From the NCBI GenBank assembly GCA_947460455.1, contig CANHKG010000002.1, positions 2,004 to 66,003 on the forward strand: DNA of 64,000 bases. Reading direction: 5' to 3'. Source of the stretch: Rhodospirillales bacterium. GTDB taxonomy: Bacteria; Pseudomonadota; Alphaproteobacteria; Acetobacterales; Acetobacteraceae. Every line of letters begins with the position of its first letter. Within the stretch, counting starts at the first letter, position 1. Positions 44,307 to 53,842 of this stretch are shown here, one piece after another. Position numbers and translations under genes: made by a program. The notes below the pieces were generated by a model. It saw only the letters and a program-made list of their open reading frames with translations, searched no databases and had not been told where the DNA came from.

Positions 44307-44345
44307 AGGTAAGATCACGGCGGCCTGAAATGGCAGCCTGTGGGT

Positions 44346-45581
44346 TCAGTTCTGCGCGTAGGGGCAGCCAGCTTCCTTCACGGTACGCCAGATCGAATCC
44401 GGCGCGACGGTCGCGGTGATCTTGTAGACGTCGTAGGGCTCCTTGGATTCCGCAGGCGACTTCACCTGCACCAGATGCATCGGCCGCAACACGTGGCCGT
44501 CGGCGCGGATGGGGACGTTCTTCATCTGGAAGTCGTTGATCGGCGTGGCCTTCATCTTGGCCATCACCGCCTCACCTTCCGTGGTGCCGGCGGCCTTGAT
44601 GGCGTTGAGGTAGTGCCAGGTGGCGCTGTAGGCGCCGGATTGCAGGAAGGTGGGCGCCTTGTTGCCGAAGCGGGCCATGAAGCGGCGCGACCAGGTGCGG
44701 GTTTCCTCGTTCATGTCCCAGTAGAACGGCACGGTGAACTGCATGCCCTGGGCGGCATCCAGCCCCACCGCCACGATGGTGTTGATGGTGGTGCCGGTGG
44801 AAGCGAGCGTTTGGCCGCGCTTGGCCAGGCCGAACTCGCCGGCCTGCTTCAGCGCGTTGGTGAAGTCTGCGCCGGCATTGGCGAAGGCGACGACCTTGGC
44901 GCCGCTGGCCTGGGCCTGGAGCAGCTGGGAGGCAAAATCGGTGGTGCCCAGCGGGTGCTTGGCGGTGCCGAGGACGCGTCCGCCGGCTTCGCGCACGAAC
45001 TGGGTGGCGGCGGCTTCCATGGCGGCGCCGAAGGCGTAGTCCACCGTGATGAAGAACCAGGTGTCCTTGCCCTCTGCCACCAGGGCGCGGGCGATGGCCT
45101 TGGGCATGACATAGGTGTCGTAGACGAAGTTGATCGCCATCGGCGAGCACGCGCGGCCGGTGAGGTCCGCGGTGCCGGTGCCGGCGATGAGGTGGGGCTT
45201 CTTCGCCTCCGTCATCAGCGACTGCACGCCCAGCGCCGTGGGCGAGATGGTGAAGGTGAGGATGGCATCCACCTTGTCGTCGTTCAGCCATTTGCGGGCC
45301 ATGGCCACGCCGATGTCGGGCTTGTTCTGGTCGTCGCCGACCAGGAGCTGGATCGGGCGGCCGAGCACGGTCTTGCCGAAATCCTCGATCGCCATGGTGG
45401 CGGCGAGAACGGAGCCGGGCCCGCCATTGTCGGCATAGGGGCCTGACTGGTCGCCCATGACGCCGATCTTGACCGGGGCCGGCGTTTGTGCGGCGGCGGG
45501 TGCGGCGAAGCCCGTTGCTGCGTAGGAGGCGGCGGCGAGCAGGGCGGCCAGCATGGGCCTGCGGCGATGGTTCGGCAGCAT
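44346..45581 (-). CDS. ABC transporter substrate-binding protein (LivK/branched-chain amino acid/amide type)
   Basis: Signal peptide MLPNHRRRPMLAALLAAASYAATGFAAPAAAQ, then ..VKIGVMGDQSGPYADNGG.. typical of family-4 periplasmic binding proteins. Confidence 0.85.
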   Translation of the reverse strand: MLPNHRRRPMLAALLAAASYAATGFAAPAAAQTPAPVKIGVMGDQSGPYADNGGPGSVLAATMAIEDFGKTVLGRPIQLLVGDDQNKPDIGVAMARKWLNDDKVDAILTFTISPTALGVQSLMTEAKKPHLIAGTGTADLTGRACSPMAINFVYDTYVMPKAIARALVAEGKDTWFFITVDYAFGAAMEAAATQFVREAGGRVLGTAKHPLGTTDFASQLLQAQASGAKVVAFANAGADFTNALKQAGEFGLAKRGQTLASTGTTINTIVAVGLDAAQGMQFTVPFYWDMNEETRTWSRRFMARFGNKAPTFLQSGAYSATWHYLNAIKAAGTTEGEAVMAKMKATPINDFQMKNVPIRADGHVLRPMHLVQVKSPAESKEPYDVYKITATVAPDSIWRTVKEAGCPYAQN

Positions 45582-45670
45582 GGAAATCCCCCGGCGTTTC
45601 TTTCGTTCTGGTGCCAGTTGGCCGCAAGCGCGCGCGCGGCGGGAGGGGGGGAGCCGTCGTGCGGCCAGAA

Positions 45671-46453
45671 TCACGGATGTGATATCGGCGGCGCGTCTGG
45701 CTGCTCCAGCGTGGCGCAATACGCGGCCAGTGCTTGCTGCACGATGGCGACGATACGGGTGCGGTTGCGGGCGATGCGGCTGCGCGCGCCGCCCACGCCG
45801 ATGGTGAGCGGGATGCCGTGCGGCGCATCGGGCATGGGCAGGGAGATGGTGGCGGCTTCCGGGAAGGGAATGCCGGCCAGGAAGCAGTGGCCGTGCTCGC
45901 GGATCCAGCGCAGCTGTTCGATCAGCTGCGGCAGGTCCGTCCGCGGCGCGGTGCCGCGGGCCTGGATGTCGATATGGCGCACCAGCCGGGCCACGGTGCG
46001 GTCCTGCATGCGGCTGAGCAGCACCAGCCCGGCGCCGGATTGGGTGAGCAGGCGCATCCCGCCCTCGGGGACCGGATAGGTGTGCGGGTGGTCCGGCACG
46101 ATCACGCGCAGGTACTGCACGTAGAGGTCGTTCTGCGAGACCAGGGCGACGGTTTCGTCTGTCTCCTCATGGATGCGGCGCATCATCTCCATGAGCTGGC
46201 CGGAGCCGTAGGTGTAGTGGTTGATCCAGTCGCCCACCGCGGCCACGCGCGTGGTGGGGAAGTAGGTGCGGCTGGCGCGGTGGTAGTTGAGGTAGCCGAG
46301 CGCCACGAGGCTTTTCAGCAGGCCGGTGGTGCTGGATTGCGGATAGGCGAGCCGCTCCACCACCGCCTTCTGGCGCAGCGGGGTGCGGCTGTCGGCGAAC
46401 AGCTCCAGCACCTCCAGCACGCGGGCGGCGGACTTGATCGGGCTGCGGGCCAT
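45671..46453 (-). CDS. IclR-family transcriptional regulator
   Basis: ..IKSAARVLEVLELFADSRTPLRQKAVVERLAYPQSSTTGLLKSLVALGYL.. wHTH plus an IclR effector domain. Divergent from the LLM gene. Confidence 0.85.
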   Translation of the reverse strand: MARSPIKSAARVLEVLELFADSRTPLRQKAVVERLAYPQSSTTGLLKSLVALGYLNYHRASRTYFPTTRVAAVGDWINHYTYGSGQLMEMMRRIHEETDETVALVSQNDLYVQYLRVIVPDHPHTYPVPEGGMRLLTQSGAGLVLLSRMQDRTVARLVRHIDIQARGTAPRTDLPQLIEQLRWIREHGHCFLAGIPFPEAATISLPMPDAPHGIPLTIGVGGARSRIARNRTRIVAIVQQALAAYCATLEQPDAPPISHP

Positions 46454-46501
46454 GTCCTCCCCCCTTCGGTGTTGCCCCGTGGTAGCAGGGTGGGCGGCGG
46501 T

Positions 46502-46526
46502 GGAAAATCGCCATGGTGATATTTCC
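46502..46526. promoter_or_regulatory. Imperfect palindrome GGAAAATCG-CCATGG-TGATATTTCC in the divergent iclR/LLM spacer
   Basis: GGAAA/TTTCC arms flank a central CCATGG, with one indel and one mismatch. The position fits an operator for the adjacent IclR. Confidence 0.3.
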
Positions 46527-46608
46527 CGGCGGCGCCGGTGGGGCTTTGACAGGGTGGGGGTGCCGTTCCCAGGCTGTGGCTGACGTTCCAACCTCCGCGA
46601 GGCCCGCC

Positions 46609-47919
46609 ATGAAGTTCGGCATCTTCTACGAGCACCAGCTGCCCCGGCCCTGGACCGAGGACAGCGAATACAACCTGGTGCAGGAGGCGCTGGACCAGGT
46701 GGAGCTGGCGGACAAGCTCGGCTTCGATTGCGCGTGGGAGGTGGAGCACCACTTCCTGGAGGAATACTCCCATTCCTCCGCGCCGGAGGTGTTCCTGGCG
46801 GCGGCATCGCAGCGCACCAAGAACATCCGGCTGGGGCATGGCATTTGCCTGACGGCGCCGAAATACAACCATCCGGCGCGGGTGGCGGAGCGGTTGGGGA
46901 TGCTCGACCTCGTCTCTGGCGGGCGGGTGGAATGGGGCTCGGGCGAATCCGGCTCCTTGATGGAGATGGCGGGGTTCGGGATCGACCCGCCGCAGAAGCA
47001 CCCGATGTGGCGCGAGGCGACCGAGCAGATCGCCAACATGATGACGATGGCGCCGTATCCGGGCTTCGCGGGCGAGCATTTCAGCATGCCGGCGCGCAAC
47101 GTGCTGCCGAAGCCGAAGCAGAAGCCGCACCCGCCGATGTGGCTGGCGTGTTCGCGGCGCGACAGCATCCTGCGCGCGGCGCGCTACGGCATGGGCGCGC
47201 TGGTGTTCGGCTTCGTGACGCCCGAGCAGGCGGGCGAGTGGGTGAAGGAATACTACGACATCATCCGCTCCGAGGAGTGCGTGCCGATCGGGCATACGGT
47301 GAATGCCAATTTCGCCTGCCTGGCCGGGATGAGCGTGCATCCCGATCGCGCCGTGGCGATGGAGCGGGGGATCGATGGGTTCCGGTTCTTCGGCTACTCG
47401 CTGGCGCATTATGCGATCTTCGGCATGCACAAGCCGGGCGTGACCAATGTGTGGGATGCCTATGAGAAGGTGCGCGACCAGATGCCGCCGACGCCGGGCG
47501 AAAGCTGCATCGGCACGCCGGAGGAGGTGCTGGCCAACCTGAAGCCCTATGGCGACGCGGGGGTGGACCAGATGATCTTCATCCAGCAATGCGGCAAGAA
47601 CCGGCATGCCGATATCTGTGAATCCATGGAGCGCTTCGCCGAGGGCGTGATGCCCTGGTTCAAGGAGCGCGAGGCCGAACGCGAGGCGAAGAAGCAGGCG
47701 GGGCTGGCGCCGTATTTTGCCGCCGCGCTGGCGCGCAAGCCGCGCATGGCGCCGCTGGCGGCCGAGGACGTGCCGGAGGTGATCTCCTTGGGGCGCAAGC
47801 TGCAGCAGGAGAAGGGGCTCGATTATTCCAACGCCGGCGGGGTGTATTCCGACAAGACGCGCGGTGGCTCCATCCCGGTGCCGATGGTGGATCCGGCGCT
47901 GATGAAGGCGCGCGGGTGA
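46609..47919 (+). CDS. LLM-class (luciferase-like) flavin-dependent monooxygenase
   Basis: MKFGIFYEHQLPRPW..LGFDCAWEVEHHFLEEYSHSSAPEVFL.. is the typical LLM N-terminus. 436 aa. Confidence 0.85.
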   Translation: MKFGIFYEHQLPRPWTEDSEYNLVQEALDQVELADKLGFDCAWEVEHHFLEEYSHSSAPEVFLAAASQRTKNIRLGHGICLTAPKYNHPARVAERLGMLDLVSGGRVEWGSGESGSLMEMAGFGIDPPQKHPMWREATEQIANMMTMAPYPGFAGEHFSMPARNVLPKPKQKPHPPMWLACSRRDSILRAARYGMGALVFGFVTPEQAGEWVKEYYDIIRSEECVPIGHTVNANFACLAGMSVHPDRAVAMERGIDGFRFFGYSLAHYAIFGMHKPGVTNVWDAYEKVRDQMPPTPGESCIGTPEEVLANLKPYGDAGVDQMIFIQQCGKNRHADICESMERFAEGVMPWFKEREAEREAKKQAGLAPYFAAALARKPRMAPLAAEDVPEVISLGRKLQQEKGLDYSNAGGVYSDKTRGGSIPVPMVDPALMKARG

Positions 47920-48689
47920 TGCCGATGCAGCTGACCCCGGCGCAGGAGGCGTTCAAGCAGGACTACATCAGGAAGCGTGGCTACTGGGTGACGTTCAACG
48001 ACGGGCTGCTGCAGTACAGCCAGGCCTTCCTGGAAACCTACATGAAGTATGCCGCACTGCCGGCGGCCGAGGGGCCGCTGAGCCCGCGCATGGTGGAGCT
48101 GGTGTATGTGGCCGCCGATGCCTCTGCCACGCACATGTTCGGCGAGGGGTTGCTGATCCATACCAAGCTGGCGCTGGCGCGCGGTGCCAGCCCGACGGAT
48201 GTGGTGGAGACCCTGCAGATCGCCACGGCCGAAGGGCTGGAGGGCGTGACGATGGGGGTGGAGATCCTGGTGGAGGAGCTGCAGGCGGCCGGGCAGGATA
48301 CCGGGTTCCTGGAGGCGGCGCTGTCGGCCGAGCAACTGGCGTTGAAGGCTGCGTATCAGGCGCGGTTTGGGGATTGGCCGCGCTTTGCCGATTATCTGCT
48401 GCGGCTGCATCCCAGCTATTTCGCGGTGATGACGGAGCTGGTGGCGGCGCCGGAGGTGACCGGGTCGCTTTCGGCCAAGGAGCGGTGCCTGATCGCGGTG
48501 GCGCTGAATGCGGCCTTTACCCATCAGAACCCCGCTGGTACGCGTCTGCACGTGGCCCGCGCCATCCGCGCTGGGGCGACGAAAGAGGAGATCCTGCAGG
48601 TGATGCAACTGACCGCGCATCTCGGCGTGCATGCCTGCGTGATCGGGGTGCCGATGCTGATGAAGGCGGTGGAGGCGGCAAGCGCATGA
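47916..48689 (+). CDS. Carboxymuconolactone decarboxylase (AhpD-like) family protein, two-repeat
   Basis: 257 aa. Two CMD-like halves (..LSPRMVELVYVAADASATH.., ..LSAKERCLIAVALNAAFTH..). ATGA-type overlap with the LLM gene. Confidence 0.75.
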   Translation: MMPMQLTPAQEAFKQDYIRKRGYWVTFNDGLLQYSQAFLETYMKYAALPAAEGPLSPRMVELVYVAADASATHMFGEGLLIHTKLALARGASPTDVVETLQIATAEGLEGVTMGVEILVEELQAAGQDTGFLEAALSAEQLALKAAYQARFGDWPRFADYLLRLHPSYFAVMTELVAAPEVTGSLSAKERCLIAVALNAAFTHQNPAGTRLHVARAIRAGATKEEILQVMQLTAHLGVHACVIGVPMLMKAVEAASA

Positions 48690-49864
48690 ACCTGGCGTTC
48701 TCCGCGGCCGAGGAGGCGTTTCGGCAGGAGGTGCGCGCCTTCCTGGCCGCCAACGTGGATGGGCCCATGCGCGAGATGGTGCGCACGGGCATGCGGCCGG
48801 AGCCGGCGGAGATCCAGGCCTGGCAGCGCCGGATGCATGCCCAGGGCTGGAGCGCGCCGACCTGGCCGCGTGAGCATGGCGGCACCGGCTGGTCGCCGAC
48901 GCAGTATTTCATCTACGAAACGGAGGCGGCGCGTGCCTATGCGCCGGTGCAGCCGCATCAGGGGTTGGAGCTGATCGGGCCGATCATCTTCACCTATGGG
49001 TCCGAGGCGCAGAAGGCGAAGTATCTGCCGCGCATCCTCTCTGGCGAGGCGTGGTGGTGCCAGGGCTATTCCGAGCCTGGGGCCGGGAGCGACCTTGCCT
49101 CGCTCAAGACGCGGGCGGTGCGGGATGGCGACCACTACGTGGTGAACGGGCAGAAGATCTGGACCAGCTATGCCCAGGCGGCGACGAACATCTTCTGCCT
49201 GGTGCGCACGGAGGTGAAGCCGCGCAAGCAGGAGGGAATCTCGCTGCTGCTGATCGACATGGACACGCCGGGCATTCGCGTGCGGCCGATCATCACGCTG
49301 GATGAGCGCCACCATGTGAACGAGGTGTTCTTCGACGAGGTGCGGGTTCCGGCGGAGAACCTGGTGGGCGAGGAAGGCAAGGGCTGGGGCTACGGCAAGG
49401 TTCTGCTGGATCGGGAGCGCGGCATCTCGGCGGCCGGGGCGCTGCGGCTGGCGCAGTTCGTGCGCGTGGTGAAGGAACGGGCGGCGGCGGTGCGGGCGGC
49501 TGGTGGCGCCTTGCTGGCGGAGCCGGATTTCCGCACCAAGCTGGCGCAGATCGAAGTGGAGATGCTGGCGCTGGAGGGCATGAGCCTGCGCACGCTGGCC
49601 GATGCCGAGGCGGGGGTGGATTCCGGGCCGCGCGGCTCCATGCTGAAGATCCGCTGGTCCGAGCTGGTGCAGCGCATCACCGAGCTGTGGGCGGAGGCGC
49701 TCGGGACGGATGCGGCGCTGATGGAGCCCTATGCCGGCGTGGAAGCGGCGGACGACATGCCGCATGCCACGGCCGCCTATCTGCACATGCGGGTCACCAC
49801 GATCTATGGCGGTGCCAACGAGGTGCAGCGCAACATCATCGCCCGGCGCGCGCTGGGGCTGTAG
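48686..49864 (+). CDS. Acyl-CoA dehydrogenase
   Basis: ..WWCQGYSEPGAGSDLASLKTRAVRDGDHYVVNGQKIWTS.. and the C-terminal ..IYGGANEVQRNII.. ACAD motifs. Confidence 0.88.
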   Translation: MNLAFSAAEEAFRQEVRAFLAANVDGPMREMVRTGMRPEPAEIQAWQRRMHAQGWSAPTWPREHGGTGWSPTQYFIYETEAARAYAPVQPHQGLELIGPIIFTYGSEAQKAKYLPRILSGEAWWCQGYSEPGAGSDLASLKTRAVRDGDHYVVNGQKIWTSYAQAATNIFCLVRTEVKPRKQEGISLLLIDMDTPGIRVRPIITLDERHHVNEVFFDEVRVPAENLVGEEGKGWGYGKVLLDRERGISAAGALRLAQFVRVVKERAAAVRAAGGALLAEPDFRTKLAQIEVEMLALEGMSLRTLADAEAGVDSGPRGSMLKIRWSELVQRITELWAEALGTDAALMEPYAGVEAADDMPHATAAYLHMRVTTIYGGANEVQRNIIARRALGL

Positions 49865-49874
49865 GAGCGAAGCG

Positions 49875-50993
49875 GTGGATTTCAGCCTGAGCCCGGAGCA
49901 GCAAATGCTTCGCGACAGCGTGGAGCGGTTCGCCGCCGAGCATGGCGACTTTCCCGCCTGGCGGCGGCGCGTGGCGGCGGGCGAGGCGTTCGATGCCGCG
50001 GCCTGGGCGCAGATGGCGCAGCTGGGCTGGCTGGGCATCGCGGTGCCGGAAGCGGCCGGCGGGATGGGGTTCGGGCCGGTGGAGACGATGCTGGTGGCCG
50101 AGGGGCTCGGGCGTTCGCTGTGCCGCGTGCCTTACGCCGGAAGCTGCGTGCTGGCCCCGGCGCTGCTGGCGGAGAGTGATCCGCTGCTGGGCGGTATCGT
50201 GGCTGGCACGGGGCAGGTGGCGGCCGCGGTGAGCGAGGCGGAGGGGCGTTATGACCTCGCGCATGTCGCCACCCGTGCGGTGCGGTTGGGCGGCGGTTGG
50301 GTGCTGGAGGGGGCCAAGAGCTTCGTGCCGGATGGGGCCACGGCGGATTGGTTCATCGTGCCGGCGCGCACCACAGGCGGCGTGGCGGATGCGGCGGGGA
50401 TCACCCTGTTCCTGGTGCCGGCAACGGCACAGGGGCTGGAGGTGCAGCGGCATCGCGGGCCGGACCATCACCATCATGCGCGGCTGGTGTTGCGGCAGGT
50501 GGAGGCGACGGTGCTTGGGGAGGTGGATGGCGGGCTCGCGCCGTTGGAGGCGGCGGTGGACCGGGCGATCGTGGCGCATCTGGCCGAGGCAATGGGCAGC
50601 ATGGAGGCGCTGCGCGACACGACGCTGGCCTATCTGAAAACCCGCGAGCAGTTCGGCGCCACGCTGGGCAGCTTCCAGGCGCTGCAGCACCGCATGGTGG
50701 ATATGGCGATCGCCTGCGAGGAGGCGCGGTCGCTGCTGTATCTCGCGGCGTTGCAGCTGGACGCCCCGGTGATGGCACGACGGCGGGCGGTTTCCGGTGC
50801 CAAGGCGCGGGTGGGGCAGTGCGCGGCGTTCGTGGCGCACCAGGCGGTGCAGCTGCATGGCGGCGTGGGAACCTCTGATGAGCTGGCGGTGAGCCACCAT
50901 CTGCGCCGGCTGCGGGTGATCGACGTGCTGTACGGCGATTCCGCGCATCACCTGCGGCGCTTTGCCGCCGCGACGGATGCGATGGCGGCTTGA
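49875..50993 (+). CDS. Acyl-CoA dehydrogenase (second subunit or paralog)
   Basis: GTG start gives (M)DFSLSPEQQMLRDSVERF.., ..QFGATLGSFQALQHRMVDM.., ..HGGVGTSDE.. Probably pairs with the upstream ACAD. Confidence 0.85.
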   Translation: MDFSLSPEQQMLRDSVERFAAEHGDFPAWRRRVAAGEAFDAAAWAQMAQLGWLGIAVPEAAGGMGFGPVETMLVAEGLGRSLCRVPYAGSCVLAPALLAESDPLLGGIVAGTGQVAAAVSEAEGRYDLAHVATRAVRLGGGWVLEGAKSFVPDGATADWFIVPARTTGGVADAAGITLFLVPATAQGLEVQRHRGPDHHHHARLVLRQVEATVLGEVDGGLAPLEAAVDRAIVAHLAEAMGSMEALRDTTLAYLKTREQFGATLGSFQALQHRMVDMAIACEEARSLLYLAALQLDAPVMARRRAVSGAKARVGQCAAFVAHQAVQLHGGVGTSDELAVSHHLRRLRVIDVLYGDSAHHLRRFAAATDAMAA

Positions 50994-50994
50994 G

Positions 50995-52413
50995 CTAGGC
51001 GCTAAGCGGTGATGGCGGTGCCGTGGGCATGGTGGCCAGCTGGGCTGCGATGGTGGCCGGGCCGGTGGCTTGCACGTGGTGCCAGATGCCGCCGCGCCAG
51101 CGCGGGAAGCCCAGCTGCAGGGACAGCGCATCGGCGGCGAGTGGCGCCAGGCCCCGGTCGATCAAACGGGCGGCCTCGCTGGCCAGGGCGGCGATGCAGC
51201 GGGCGGTGATCTCGGCCTCTTCCACCTGGCGGCGGCGGCAGGCGGCGCGGGCACTTTCGGCGAGCAGCGGCGCCAGGGCCGGGTCGGGCAAAGGGCGCGG
51301 GTCAGCGGGGGCATAGCGGTACCAGCCGGCGCCAGCCGCGCGCCCGGTGCGGCCGGCATCCAGCAGCAGGTCGAGCAGCGGGGAGTATTGGTGCCAGGCG
51401 TCTGGGCGCGGGTCCACACAGGCTTGGGCGACATGGTCCAGCCCGTCCTGGTCGGCGGCGGCCAGTGGCGGCGTGCGGAAGCCGAAGCGGCGCAGGGCGA
51501 GGTCCACCGCCTGTGGCGTGGCGCCCTCGTCCATCAGGTGGATTGCCTCCCGCAATAGGGCCCAGCGCAGGGCGGGCGCGGCCGTGCCGGGTGGGGGTGT
51601 GGCCTCGGCAAGGGTGGCGTGGCGCACTGCGAGGCCTTGGGGGGAGGCGGCGAGCGTGGCGGCGAGGTGTTTTGCCTCGGCCAGGGCGCGTTGGGGTGGC
51701 TGGCTGAGGGCCTGCATGAGGGACTGCAGCGCAGCCTGGGGGGCGGCCTCGCCGGGGGCTCGGCGGCGCAGGATGGCGTGCAGCGGGCGTGGATCCAGAT
51801 GGGGCGGCGGCCCTGCCGGTGCCGGCTGGGCTAAGAGCGCGATGCCCACAGGGTCCATGGCCACGGCATCGAGCAGGCCCAGCCGCTGGGCCAGGGGGGC
51901 CAGAAGCGGGGTGCCGAATGCCAGCATCTCCAGCGCCGCCTCGGGCGCCAGCAGGCGTGCCAGCCGGGCGATGCCACCGTTCAGCGGTAGGGTGCCGCGC
52001 AGGATGCCGGGAAAGCCCAGCCGCCCGGCCGGGGTGGCGGTGCGGGCGTGGCAGGCGAGCGCCAGCTCCAGCCCGGTGCCCATGGCATTGCCTGGAATGG
52101 CCGCGACGACAAAACGGCCCGGTGCGGCGATGGCAGCGAGCAGGGGGGTGATGTCCGCCTGGCCGGCCGTGTCCTCGAACAGGCGCGGCCCGGTCAACAC
52201 CACGGTGCTGGCGCGGGCATCGGCGCGGCAATGGCTCAGCAGCCCTGCCACCGCGGTGGTGAAGGCGCCGCTCCACTCGCCGGGGCTCGGCGTGCCGAAA
52301 CGCAGCACGATGGCCCCGGAGACGTGCTCCAGGTCGATGCCCGGCAACACCGCGGACGGGCGGCGGCGCGCGGCTGTGTGGCGACGTATGGCGCCCGGTG
52401 CGCTGGGCGGCAT
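50995..52413 (-). CDS. FadB-like protein: crotonase domain + 3-hydroxyacyl-CoA dehydrogenase C-terminal repeats, no NAD-binding domain recognised
   Basis: Crotonase ..VVAAIPGNAMGTGLELALACH.. and 3HCDH_C-like ..EAIHLMDEGATPQAVDLALRRFGF..GRAAGAGWYRY.. No GxGxxG Rossmann segment lies between them. ATG 52413 follows GGAGGA. Confidence 0.7.
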   Translation of the reverse strand: MPPSAPGAIRRHTAARRRPSAVLPGIDLEHVSGAIVLRFGTPSPGEWSGAFTTAVAGLLSHCRADARASTVVLTGPRLFEDTAGQADITPLLAAIAAPGRFVVAAIPGNAMGTGLELALACHARTATPAGRLGFPGILRGTLPLNGGIARLARLLAPEAALEMLAFGTPLLAPLAQRLGLLDAVAMDPVGIALLAQPAPAGPPPHLDPRPLHAILRRRAPGEAAPQAALQSLMQALSQPPQRALAEAKHLAATLAASPQGLAVRHATLAEATPPPGTAAPALRWALLREAIHLMDEGATPQAVDLALRRFGFRTPPLAAADQDGLDHVAQACVDPRPDAWHQYSPLLDLLLDAGRTGRAAGAGWYRYAPADPRPLPDPALAPLLAESARAACRRRQVEEAEITARCIAALASEAARLIDRGLAPLAADALSLQLGFPRWRGGIWHHVQATGPATIAAQLATMPTAPPSPLSA

Positions 52414-52504
52414 GCGTGGTTTCCTCCGGCGGCAGGACGCCGCTTCATTCATTGTTCCGCAAGGCTATGGGGGGGGCGGAACGCGGTCAAGCAAGGCGCG
52501 CGGG

Positions 52505-53257
52505 CTAGGCGAAGGAGTGCGTCACCCCGCCATCCACCAGCATGGTGGTGCCGGTGACCCAGCTGCTTTCGTCGGACGCCAGGAACAGGGCGGCGCGAGC
52601 GATGTCCTCCACCTCGCCCAGCCGGCGCAGCGGGGTGCGGGCCAGGCGCTTTTCCACCATCTCCGGCGTCAGCATCGAGACCACCTGCTCGGTTTGCGTG
52701 GAGCCCGGCGCGATGGCGTTCACGCGGATGCCGCGCGGGCCCAATTCCACCGAGGCGGCGCGGGTGAGGCCCGTCACACCGGCCTTGATCCCGCAATAGA
52801 TCATCGCGTTCTCCATGCCGAGAAAGGCGGCCGAGGAGGCGATGTTGATGATCGAGCCGCCCTTGGCCATGGCCTCCGCTGCGGCCTGGATCGACCAGAC
52901 GATGCCGCCGAAGCCGATGCCGGTCATGCGGTCGTAGCTTTTCTGGCTGATGCCGAGGATCGGTTCGTAGCGCACCCAGGCGGCGTTGTTCACCACGATG
53001 TCGAATCGGCCGTGGCGGGCGGCCAAGCCCAGGACCAGATCGCGCACCGTTTCGCGCGCGGAGGCGTCGCCGGGCAGGATCTCGGCCCGGCCGCCGGCGG
53101 CTTCGATCGCCGCCACGGTGGCGGCGGCGGCCTCGCCCTTGAAGTCGTTGACGCCGACGATGGCGCCCTCGGCGGCGAATTTCATCGCGATGCCGCGGCC
53201 GATGCCGTTGCCTGCGCCGGTGACAAGCGCCACGCGCCCTTCGAGCTTTCCGGCCAT
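52505..53257 (-). CDS. SDR-family oxidoreductase (FabG-like)
   Basis: ..ALVTGAGNGIGRGIA.., ..NNAA.., ..YCGIKAG.. (YxxxK). Confidence 0.88.
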   Translation of the reverse strand: MAGKLEGRVALVTGAGNGIGRGIAMKFAAEGAIVGVNDFKGEAAAATVAAIEAAGGRAEILPGDASARETVRDLVLGLAARHGRFDIVVNNAAWVRYEPILGISQKSYDRMTGIGFGGIVWSIQAAAEAMAKGGSIINIASSAAFLGMENAMIYCGIKAGVTGLTRAASVELGPRGIRVNAIAPGSTQTEQVVSMLTPEMVEKRLARTPLRRLGEVEDIARAALFLASDESSWVTGTTMLVDGGVTHSFA

Positions 53258-53275
53258 GATGCTGGTCTCCGTGCG

Positions 53276-53842
53276 TTACTGGCGGCGGGATTCGGACAGG
53301 CGCATGGAGCGCATTCCGTCGAGCAGAAGCGTCTGGCCGTTCATCAGCGCCATGCCGGGGCGGGCCAGGAAGGCGGCGGCTTCGGCCACCTCGGCGCGGG
53401 ATTTCGGCGTGTCCCAGCGCTCGCCGGCGAAATCCGGCGCGAGCAGGTTGGCGCGCAGGCCGCGTTCGCTCAGTTCCAGCGCGATGGAGCGGATGAAGCC
53501 GGCCAGTGCGGCGTTGGCGGCCATCAGATGCGCGCCGCCCCAGGCGCCGAGATGGCCGCGTGCCGCCACGGCGACGATGCGCGCGCCAGGGGCGAAGAGC
53601 GGCAGTGCCGATTGCACGGCGGCCACCACGTCGAACACCATCGTGTCCAGCGCTTCGGCCAGTTGCGCGTCGGTCACCTCGGCGAAGCGGGTGCCTTCGC
53701 GGACCACGGGCACGTTCAGGACCAGCGCGTCGATCGGGCCTTCGTGGGGCAGGGTGGTTTCCACCTCGCCCTCATGGGCCAGGCGGGTGGCGATCTCGGC
53801 GCCGAAGGGGCGGTCGGCGCCCAGGAGGATGATGCGGCTCAC
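53276..53842 (-). CDS. Truncated or atypical SDR-like protein lacking the canonical cofactor and catalytic motifs
   Basis: 188 aa. GTG start overlaps the upstream SDR stop (GTGA). ..IILLGADRPFGAEIA.. replaces TGxxxGxG, and ..HLMAANAALAGF.. sits where YxxxK is expected. Confidence 0.6.
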   Translation of the reverse strand: MSRIILLGADRPFGAEIATRLAHEGEVETTLPHEGPIDALVLNVPVVREGTRFAEVTDAQLAEALDTMVFDVVAAVQSALPLFAPGARIVAVAARGHLGAWGGAHLMAANAALAGFIRSIALELSERGLRANLLAPDFAGERWDTPKSRAEVAEAAAFLARPGMALMNGQTLLLDGMRSMRLSESRRQ

